Assembly: GCA_964199315.1 (NCBI GenBank)
Contig: OZ116706.1
Span: forward strand, 16,554,001 to 16,618,000
Length of the DNA: 64,000 nucleotides
Direction: 5' to 3'
From: Orbicella franksi
Taxonomy: Eukaryota
Shown piece after piece: positions 46,862 to 58,200 of this stretch. The notes under the pieces are model-generated. The model searched no databases and was not told where the DNA came from. It saw only the letters and a list, made by a program, of their open reading frames with translations. The stretch's first letter is position 1; each line of letters begins with the position of its first letter. Both the position numbers and the translations under genes were made by a program.

Positions 46862-47105
46862 GTCGTGCTGCTAGGCGACATCCCTCCTGAAAGTTCAATC
46901 AAATCTCCTCCCCCCCCCCGACTGTATATTTGAATTTCACATTTTTCGCGTTTTCACCTTCAACTGATTGACCAAATTTCCTTCCATCAAAATGCAAATT
47001 AACTTTACATTACAAGCTACTTCGATACCATTAATACTTAAAACTCTACTCAATGCTCCCCAAATGTTCATGAAGGTGCAAACATTTCTGTAAAATCAAA
47101 CTCAA

Positions 47106-47114
47106 AATAATAAC

Positions 47115-47158
<44 letters not shown>

Positions 47159-47186
47159 TGATGATGACGATGATGATAATGATAAT
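47106..47186. repeat. Compound (AAT)n(GAT)n microsatellite
   Basis: Directly visible. Confidence 0.95.
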
Positions 47187-48803
47187 TCACCTCAAAAGAA
47201 AAGAAAAATCTTAAAGTTTTTCAGTTACATTTGAGGTATGAACTACCTCTCGCCAGAGCTTCTATATTTTGTTCTTTCAAGTCCAACGTTATCCTTAATA
47301 AAGGGAGATTTTGGGCGATGATTAATAACTTACAAATCTCTATATACAACTAAATCAGACTAGAAATGCTCCAGGTTTAAGTAGTATGTTATAATTTAGA
47401 TCACACTTAAAAGAGCTTCATAAAAGGACTCTGGAGTGGTTCACTCAATTCACTTTAAAAGATACTTAAAACCTGCTTTACATTCCGCATGGCACACACT
47501 TAAAGAATTGATGTTCAAAACGTTTTTGGCCCAGTCACACTGCTTTTGATCATGTCGCTTGTCATCTTCAACTACAAGCTCGAAACGTGACGAAACATTC
47601 ACCAATATTATTGATAAAGATTGACCTTAAATGTTATGGATAATTTCGTAGCATCAGAGGCTATGTTTAGACTGAACTAGATTCCAGCTGGGGTACCGAG
47701 AAAACATCCACTGCTTTTTCCGTTCCAAAATTATGCTGTTTTGACCACAAATTCTTTCGGTTTTCTTGTTATCAGAGACTGCTATTTTAACTAAATACAT
47801 TTGCTGTATTCATTTAAAAGTTAGTTAAGTGTGGCCAATCACTAAACAGCAACAGTTATATTTCGCATGTCACTTAGAGCAACCCGAATGTACTTGTACT
47901 TTTTGAAGTGAATTGACTGCAAGACCTTACTGAACTGAGGGAAGCAATCAGTATTTCTGTGCAATTCTAACACTATATATAATTCAATAAATTTCCTCTG
48001 TGATAAACCCAATTAATAACAGCAATACCATAGGTTTGACTCACCTTGACAATGATAAAAATAATTTTAAATATCGTAGTTTTAAAGCACGTGAGAGAAT
48101 CTCTCAGCCTACTACTCAAGTCATCATGTATTGAGATATATTTCTCCTCTGGAGAGTTTGGTTCAAGTCAAGATACTTCTCTAGAGATGATTACATCTTT
48201 GCTTCTCACAACTGGGCCAAATGAATTTGTCTAACATTTGTCAGAGAGAAGTTAGGAAATCATCACTATGCGTCTGGGGCAAGTGGCAGTAGTTCATAAT
48301 GAAGCCATATTTGTCCCTGCTATATAACAGACGTCTTCATAGTACTCAGTAAATTTATTCCACGACAGTTGATAACCAACTGGTATCTTCTCAGTTGTTC
48401 CGCATGGTGAATGTGGCCGGTAATACTCCTCCAGATCTCCATGAGCAGGAATTTCTTTGTAATTGCAATATTGATGTTTTCCAGTTGATTGTTTCATCCT
48501 TGGTTGGGTTGACAGAATGCCACTACGGTGAAACACTGCCTTGGTACAGGATCGCCAAATTAATTTCATCAAACAGCATTGGAGAATCCTCTTTTCACTT
48601 TCAATTAGAGCTAGTCTTGTAAATAACTACTTTTTTCCCAGGATGGCATCAATGCAGACTGCAGGCAGGTTTGTCGGTCAATAACACACTATTATAAAGA
48701 TTTTCTGCATTTTTTTTCCCGTTTTCATCTTTTTAAATTTTTTGTGGTATTTAAATTAGAACCAAGTCTTGTACATTGCAAATGTCTTAGTGGCAATCGC
48801 TTC

Positions 48804-49235
48804 TTATTTAGAGGTCACCCCTTTGTCAGAGGCTGACGCACACTCTCCAGAAGTTTCCCATTTAGCGTCTGTCCTTTCTGAGGAAACTCCTGCACCAGAA
48901 TGGCTTTTATTGGAAGTTGCTTTCCCAGAAGTGCTTTTACCACATGCAACTTTTCCTGAAGTAGCTTCAGAAGGTGAAGCTGTATGGCTCTGTTTACCAG
49001 TTGCAGCACTCTTTTTGCCTTTTCCTTCTGATGAACTTTCCTTTTCTGTTTTCTTCTCTGTACTCTTCTTTTTTGTATCACTGCTTTCACTGCTTTTCTG
49101 ACTCCGCTTTTCCTCCTTGATGGTCTTTGGGTCTTCCTTGGAACCATGAGGGTGATGATCGTGTTTATCACTGTGCGAGTTGTGTCTTGATCGTGGCTTG
49201 TTGCTGTGTGGGTCCACAGGGAACTGATTCATTGG
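48804..49235 (-). CDS. LARP1: LARP1 terminal exon, S/K/E/T-rich low-complexity tail
   Basis: Acceptor ttttcatcccag, phase 0; corresponds to ORF 48804..49256; stop TAA. Confidence 0.85.
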   Translation of the reverse strand, partial: PMNQFPVDPHSNKPRSRHNSHSDKHDHHPHGSKEDPKTIKEEKRSQKSSESSDTKKKSTEKKTEKESSSEGKGKKSAATGKQSHTASPSEATSGKVACGKSTSGKATSNKSHSGAGVSSERTDAKWETSGECASASDKGVTSK

Positions 49236-52200
49236 CTGGGATGAAAACAAAATCACAATCAGCTATCTTCCTTATTTCATCATCTACTTTTTATCATCAT
49301 CCACTTTCCTACTACTTAGTCCCCCTCCACCCCTACCCTCAAATATTTTTATTTAGTAATAGTAGGCAAGTCTATCACAGGTCAAACTCAATGCCAGTAT
49401 ACAAACTTGGCAATAAAATATGGTGAAGTTGTGGCACCCATGGCAACTCAGAGACCTCCACACTCAACAGCACACTTTGAGACTCAAAGGAACTTTGCCA
49501 CCTGACTCAGGAGCACTCCACGCCGAACTCCCAAGACTTTGAAACTATCACCACAGTTATCACTGTTCTACAGTATCCATGATAATGATTTGTGTGCAAC
49601 ACTAGTATGGAATTCTCTCTGTCAGGCAGAAAATTTTCCTTCAGTATTTGGAACACATTGTTTGCAAATACAAATGAAGTAGTCGGTGCAGTCTTACACG
49701 TAGTTCTTCAAAGTCATAACTAGCAACATAGTTACTACATGAAGGTTAACTTTGTTACAACATAGTGGATGCTAACTTACATCATTCCTGAAATCATCTA
49801 TCGTCTTGTACTTTTCTAAGCGCTTTTGAAGCTCTGGATCAATTTCAAACCTTGTTTTCCCCTAAAAGTAACGTACATATTATTTAAAAGTTGATCACAC
49901 TAGAACATTACTATACAAACTTTCTCCACACCGAGACAAGCTGCTACATTGAAAAAAAAACCAAAGTAAAAAAGACAAAACAGGTGGAGAAGAAAAAACT
50001 CACTTTGTAATACTTGAGGAATGCCCAGAACTTCTCTAGACCGTAGAGATTCCCTGCAAGAGGAACAGAATTGTGAAGCATGTCACATGTTACATGAGTG
50101 CATTACAGTAACTGTAACAACAACAACATCCCAATTAAAATGACGGACAAACAAAGGAGCAACTATAGAAGGCATGGCCACTTTGGACCACCTCTTTTCC
50201 ATGTGTCAAAACCTTTCGTAGAATGAAGCATTACACAATGGGCACCTTTGTGATTCAATGAAATGTAAATAAGTGGCCATGTAATCTGGAGTTTAGCCAC
50301 AATTTTGAACATGACTCAAACCAGAAATAAGACCAGGTTCAGAGGTAACTTTTACCAGCTGCAGCATAATCAAATATATGTCAACCTTGTGGTCATTTCT
50401 ATAGAAAACATGTCATACATGTACCTTGGTCATGATCTCTCACGGTCTCTGTCTGGAAGTCTTTGAATAAGTCTGCCTTGAATTTCTTTTCAAGGCCGTA
50501 ACTATAGAATCTGAAGAGACACTCCAACCCATATCTGAGAGTAAAGACAAGACAAGCACTGGTTAGTACAAGTATTCATTGTATTTCCAAAACATTTTCA
50601 AAACTTGCAGTTCAAGGGTATGATGGGAAAACAATTTCTAGGACATGATAAGGTTTGCAGGACTCTGAAGTGCATAAACTTCCCCAAGAAGACCCCCATG
50701 CATACACTGATCCATTGATGCAACTTCTATTAGTAAACTACATTGTACACTACAGCTTAATGCCACAAATTATACCTGTATCCCGCTAAGGCATCTTCTA
50801 CTGCTAATGCTCTGAACTCATCATACATCTTCCTGAAAACCAAAAAGCAAAATAAAGATTAACATAATTTATAACAAATACATCCACTGGCATACTACGA
50901 TGTACATTTCATGAAGGAAAGGCGTTCATTAAGAGAACTAGTCAAAAGTTCTAAATAATTAGAGCCAGGTTGTTCAAAAGTCGGTTAATGCTAACCCAGG
51001 ATTAAAGGTTAACCAAAGCATTAATTTATCTGGTATTAAAACCTTTTTTCACTGCTTATGTCTTGTGTACTTTGAGATTATACAAACAAAAAACTGAAGG
51101 ACCAAAAATATACACAGAAAACCTAACTGCAAAGTTACATTGTACAAAACTGAAATCAAAATCCTCACTAATCCTGGGTTAGCTTAATTGGGTTTTGAAC
51201 AATCCACCCAGTTGATTACATTATTTTATACAATCTTCAAGTGCTTACCTATTAAAATGAGATCTCAGGAAGAATGACCAGAATCTAAACATTGTATTCA
51301 TCTCTTGTGATTGACCAATTCCCACCTTTTTTCTCTCTGTAAGAAAGATGAAAGGTCACTGTCAGCTTCACAACAAAGCACTGAATTGATTTCATATGGG
51401 ACTGTTTTTAATTATTGTTTTGAAGAAAATCTTGCATGTACAACAATATTTACTGTGCTATCACTGGGAGTTCCATAGCTACTGCCAAACCTTCAACAGC
51501 AAGGATTATGTATTGTATGTTGGAGTTATCTCAGAGTAAACATGATCTTAACAATAAGCTCTCTGAAGTGACAATAACAAAAAGGCTGTCAACCAGTTTG
51601 TTGGACTGTCAATATTGAGACCTTGAGTGTCATAAGCAACAGGCTGCGTGTTTTAAGTGTCAGTGTAACAATACACAGTGTTCCAGATAAGCAAGGGGTC
51701 TGAGGTCAAAAACCCGACAAGGTCAGCAACATGACCCGACAAATTAATAGCAAATTTATGATGATTTGGTGGGAGCATTGGAAATTGACCCGTTGGAATT
51801 CCTCATTGGCACCATACCTTGAAAACTTATCTGCAACCCTGAATACAGATGGTAAATACACATGAATTAATTAACTTTGACAAACCTTTCAGACATTTGT
51901 TGTGATATTTAGAGTAGAGTTGTTGCGTAAAGCCATTGTCCTGTAGAAGTTCATGTGAGGGATGCTGGAAGCGTGGGATTGGTTGTGGTGTTGATCCATA
52001 ACTACCAACAACAGGAGCCATACCCTCTGAGACACTGTAGCTTGGACTACAAGAAAAAAACAGTGGCACAGAAAGTTAACAACATATACCTGTTTCCCTG
52101 TCCATGGCAGGAACAGTTTCTCCCTGAACTGATTTAATACATGTAGTCCCTAGGACACAATGTACCGAAGAGATTTTTTAGCACTATCAACTTTTAACCC

Positions 52201-55200
52201 CTACAATGCAATTGGAGGTTGGGTTCCCAGGAGCCTAGTGGTATAAAACTGCAAACTCCAGCCTGAGGTGGTAGAATACCACCTTGGCCTGCCCTACCCA
52301 CAACTCAGCCACACGGCCAACAAGTCGGCGCTTGCCCCTGCGCCTGTCAAATGCACCTGTAGGTTCAGTGGAAATAGTGGATAGTACACCACCACTAACA
52401 ACAGAAGAATGAAATGAAATAACACCCAAAACACCCCAACACCCAAACAGAGGGCAATAAAGCACTACTGCATGGAGGGCAGGGTAAGAAAACACCAAAA
52501 CGCTGCACACAGCACAATGCCAGGCTTGAAGAATGAAGCGTCAAAGCTCACATGTGTGAGAGCTCAGGCATTAGCAACAACTGGAGACTGTAAACCATGA
52601 CCCCACCCACAAGCCAAACAGACAAAGGTGCTAAATTTTAGACGCTGATATAAAACAAGTTAATGCTGAACCCCAGGGTGTCAGACAACTGGAGGTTCAA
52701 CTATACTGGATTTTATGTTGCAAACAATTGCACATACCTCCTTGGTGGTGGATACTCCTTGGAGCCCATCACCCAGCCAACATGCTGTTCCACAGGTGGA
52801 TTCTGACTGTATTTTGTCTTTCTTTTCTTTGGACCCTGATAGCAAGATGTAAATATACATGGAATTAGAACAACATAATCCACAATAAATTCACATGTAA
52901 GAGTGTCATCATTTTTATCATTACCCACAGAATTTCAATAAAATCAATGAGGTTTTCCTAACAATTTGATGGGGGCCATTATGTACATCTGCCATGAAAG
53001 AGGCACCACCAGGGACCAAGCATGATGTGAAGTGACTGGCAGTGAGAATAACATTGTCTGCCTGGTTTGATCATTTTCGAAAATTTTTTTTTTGCTCAAA
53101 AAGAAGTTCAGTTCAAAAAGAACATTTGCCAGCCTGTGAAATCCAGCTGCCTTCCTGCTAAAAACCTTGATGAAGCCCTTGGCCATGCAAGTAAAATGTC
53201 TTGCCTAAAACAAAACACAACGGTGGCTGCACTAAATCTGTTCAGTTGCCAATCTCAAATTCAACATGCTAACCATTAAAACACTGCATCTTCACTTTTG
53301 TAGTAACAACTGTACCTATTGCACTGCACTGTACAATATCAGCAATTCTGTCAATGGTAGGCTGTATTGAATTGAAACAGGAAATCAACACTGATTCCCA
53401 TTGAAAAGTAAAATAAACTTACCTGGTCACTGATATTCTCCTTGCTGAAAGCAGGAAAGAACCTAGGCGCAACCTTGACATCTTTCCTCTTCGGTGTGCG
53501 TGATCCATGTCGTGCAAGTTCCTTGTTGGGAGACTCGGGAACACCAGTCGGGAGAGACCTAGACAGGGGTTCGGTGGGGGCAGTGTTGGCTCGGGGACGG
53601 AACACTTCTGCTGATGGTGAAAGAGCAGTGTGGGGAACTGTTGTTATGGGAGGGCTGGGTGGAGGGAATCCTGCCTCTGTGAATGAACGAGCTCTTGGTG
53701 GTTCTAGTGCATCACGCTGGTAGTTGAATTTGTCCTGACTTACAATTTCAACGCGTTTCATTGATGAAGAAAGAACAATCTATGAACGAGAAACAACAAT
53801 TGCACTCAAACTTCAGCTAAACAACTCATACCAACAAGTAGATTTTCCAGGCATCAAGGTTCCAGTAGAGCAACATTAACCCATTGACGCCTGAATGAAA
53901 TTGCCTGCGACCCACCCCTAATTCCCTGGCGTTTTTTGGAATATTTCTGAACGAGCGAAAGCACAAAAATAAACCATATGCGCAGTAACCACAGACACAG
54001 GATCAGGTTTCAAGACATTGTTTATTTAAAGTTGAATAAATGAAGGGTCCAAATATTAAAAAATATTAGCAAACAGAACTCAACCTAATGTGTGAAACTG
54101 ATGAGAAAACAAGAAATTATATTATTTCTCTACCGCGCGACAAAATGTCCCACAGAAGCTGAGAAAATTGACTTTGCGAAAATGAGTCAATTATTGACTT
54201 TGGAGGACAAAAATGAAACCAAATACAACAGAATTGAATTTCTTGTACTATAATGGCTAACATTTGAGAAAACAACGAAAAATAAAAGTGAAGAACTCAT
54301 GCAAAAATCAATCTGAAATCAAGAAATCAAGTAATTTTTTCGCCGTGCGACGAAAATCTTACGGCCCTGCGAAAGAAAGATGAAAGTCGTTTGAGATCAG
54401 TCGTATTTCAACTGTGTTAAATCAGTGGTCATTTAGTTCTTTTCTGAGCGGTTCTGTAGTAGCTGAATAAGACTCCAAAAAATATTTGAACGAAGCGAAT
54501 AAACTAAATATACAAAGCGCCTAGAGGTTGCCGTAAATTAAATATGCAGAAATCCAGCGTGCAAGTTACTGTTCACTTTTAAAACTTAAAATTCCCAAAT
54601 ACAGGGAACCAAATGAAAGAGATGCGAAAGGAAGCTCAATAACAATAAATTTTCATTCAAGCTGAGACGAAGAAACCTATTTAAAAGCAAAAAATTGTTC
54701 AAAATTTCGCAGACGTGCTTCGCTGCATGACCGCATGTTCAAATTATTCTTCACGCTAACGCGAAAGCTTGAGTTTTTGCCGCGGCTTTTGCAGTCATTT
54801 CAACGCCCGTGGCTTTACCAATCATTCCAAAACTTGAATTCAACTTCAAAGTAATAATGTACATCACCATTTTTGTTTCTGAAATCCGAAAAGCCACTTT
54901 AAACCTGCGATCTGTCGTCGAAACTTACTTGAAAGTGCTCCGATCTTCATGTTTTCTCGGCGGTTGTAGGAAGAAAAACTTCTTCACCAGAAAGTTTTGA
55001 GGACTCTGTATTCCTTGATCCTCCATTCTGAGGCCACCTGAACATTGATTTGTATTTTTTCTTTCTATTTTAAAGCCCAAAGCAGTAATTTATCCGTGTT
55101 AGGAATGAAAACAATACCTTGGAAGTTTTTTAGATTTGGACCGCAACGCACCATGTTACCTGCACTTTTCGAACGCGCGATTTTAAGAAGAAAAACCATC

Positions 55201-58200
55201 TTTCTAGGACCCGTAAAGTCCTCTGAAAATATGCTCAGAGAGTCCATTCTGATTGGTTTATTTGTCCTCAAGAACAATAGAACAATAGGGGAACCAAAGA
55301 ATCTTCAGGGAGGGTAGGAAAGGCAATTGTCCCCATGTGCTTTTTTTCGGGCGGTTACGGGCAGCACAGGGAAATGGAGGAGTTTTTCGCATGGGCAGTT
55401 ACGGGCGGCACAGGCGTCAATGGAATCTGTAAATAGCTTTCAAATTATTACCTACAATTCTTAAGGAATAAAACTAGCCTGGAATAATCTGGTGAAATAT
55501 TGGTCAATGAAAATCAAGCTGACAGATTTATTTTGCCTATTCACCCAGAGACAGTCAAAAGGGCCAACACATACCTTCCTGTTTAGGTAACTATCATCAC
55601 TGTCATCCCAAAGATCCTAAAGAAAAACAAAGTAACAGTCTATTATCTTGTTGTGAGAAAACTGCGGTGGTGTTACACCTATTAACCCTTTGAATACCAA
55701 AGTTTCGCCCAAAATACCGTTTTTAACTGTTTAGTCAGGTTTTTAGCTGCCATGACGCTAAATAAGCCTACGTTTTGCTAAAAAAGCTTTTTTCTACTAA
55801 AAGGAGAGATTTTTCGAGGATTAGGTACAAAATTGAGCAAAACTTCAAGTCTGGGCATGCGCATAAGCCAAAATTTGGACTTTCTTTTTTTTTGCCATTA
55901 ACCGTTCTCAATTTCGTTTGTTGGCCCTTTCCTTTCCGTTTTTCTCAGCCCTTTTACACTGACTACCTTTTGCACTGTATGTTGTTTCTGGCTGTAGTGA
56001 AAAGTTGGATGTTAATTACGAGTGAAGCCTAGAAATGGACCTTGATCAATCATAGGCGTTGTGGACCATTTTACCACCGTTTTTGCCCCAAAACTAATAA
56101 TGTTGTCGATATCTAAACCTGACCATTGTGCGGAAAGGGCTAGCCTAGCACTACTATATGCTTATCAAGAATATCTGATGACAAGTGGTACAAAGAGCAC
56201 GACCATTAATTACTCATATATGCGTAGTTGGTATTCAAAGGGTTAACATTTTCCTAGCTTTTCTCTTACAACAGCAACTTTGTGCACTGCATACCAACAA
56301 ACATCCTTACATGACCACAACTGTTGACTGACCATTCACTCAACCAAACCCATATTTTTATACCTGCTCATAGTAGTAAAGTCCATCGTTAATTGCTTTG
56401 GAAAGTTCCTGTGTCATTTTAACTCTGGTGACATAGCTTCCTGTCCTGTCATGTTTCTTGACTGGAGGTGGGGTTTGAGTGACGATCATTATTTTGTGTA
56501 TGTCTTGATCATCTATTTCATCATCTGAATCATCATCCCTACAAACAAACAAACAAACAAACAAATCACTGACTCGGTGCATATATATACAAACATGGTT
56601 TGTGACTTCTCTAAGGATCAGGCTCTTTAAGGATCTGGCAAGCAAAACATGTAAGCCCTACAAAACCCTGTAAGAGATTCCTTAGAGCATGGTCCTGCTG
56701 TGGGACCACTTGCCAGCATTGGCTTGACTCAAACTTTGCCTAAATTGCATTTAGCCACATCAGGGTCCGAAATTGCGCTTTCCTGGTCACCAATGAGACT
56801 AAAAATTTTGCTCTGGCGACCAGAATTTCACAGCTGGTCGCCAGCGGGCGATTAACTATTTCATGCCACAACAATTATACAATAACTTTGATTTTCAGCC
56901 AAATCGATTAAAATGAAATTCAAAGCTGCCCACCAATTGGGCACTTACTTTTTACCTTCCCGCTGCTTTTGAAGTATGAAACCAATTTTCCTCATTATAA
57001 ATCTACCACAACGTTTCACAGCTGCGATTAGTGCGAAGCTTCGCGCCCATGTTTTTTCAGCGGTTTCCCATAACATACGTATTGCAGGTGCCACAGGCCA
57101 CGTGCATTCTTTCACCATAAACATTTATTCGGGCAATTTGGTGTCCAAAGATGTTCTGAAATCTTTCCGTAATTTATTACAAGGTGGAGACGGAACATCC
57201 GTGAAGAAATTAGTTGAAGATTTAGATATTCTCTGGGCGTCAAAAGGCGGAAATGTAGATCTGTCAAAGTAGTCAAAAGATGATTTGCACACTGGTTTGA
57301 TTCCTGATTACATCAATTGCAAATATTTTGCTGGTAAGCCCATGGCGGCCAAAAATTTTCGTTTCTGTTTCGCTGTGAAGGAAAAATTTTATTGACACTT
57401 TTTGGTGATCACATTTTTCCATATGGCGACTGAAAAAAACATTTCAGTCACCAGTTGGCACCTGCCTTAAAAAGTTAACTTCGGACCCTGCACATGTAAT
57501 TCCCCCAGATCCAACGAGACAACCATCACCACTTGGCCATCATACTCTAACTGGAAAAGAGTGGGAAGAAATTCAATCTTTCCAAATGGGTCTGTTTACT
57601 TTTCAGGAGTAAAACTCACCAATCAGCAGAGCAAATTGTTGGCTGTTTTCCTTGGTGTTCTAGTTCTTCATCAAACTGAAAGTCCAGTTCTTCTTGGTCG
57701 TTAGAGAAACCAGCCACCTAAGGGAACAAAACAAGACAAAACAAAAAAAAGATTTAGAAAGAGACAAAAACAGTGCACACAAACAGAGTAAATGATTCAA
57801 ACAGTACTAGTGTTCATGTTCAGAGCAATGTGTTTGCAAATATCTTTTGGGTCAGTTAAAACAAACACAGTGCTGAAAACTCTTTAAATGACACACACTC
57901 AATGTATGCTGACCTTGTTATCTGCTTTTGATGATGACGGTTTTCTTCTTTTCACTTCGGTCCATGCTTCAGGATCCTGCTTTTTGGTTTCTGCAAAGAA
58001 ACACAAATTACCAAGCCATCAGTAAAGAACCAGCAGCTCTTATATGACATTCAAGCAAGGGTTTTGTTCCTTAGTCTATACGTTTATTTAATAAATAAAC
58101 TACAATATTAGAGATCATACAATGAATGAAGATTTAAAAAATAATCAATTTTAGAATGACCGCTGGATACTGCAAATTTACAAGTGCATTTCATGGACAA

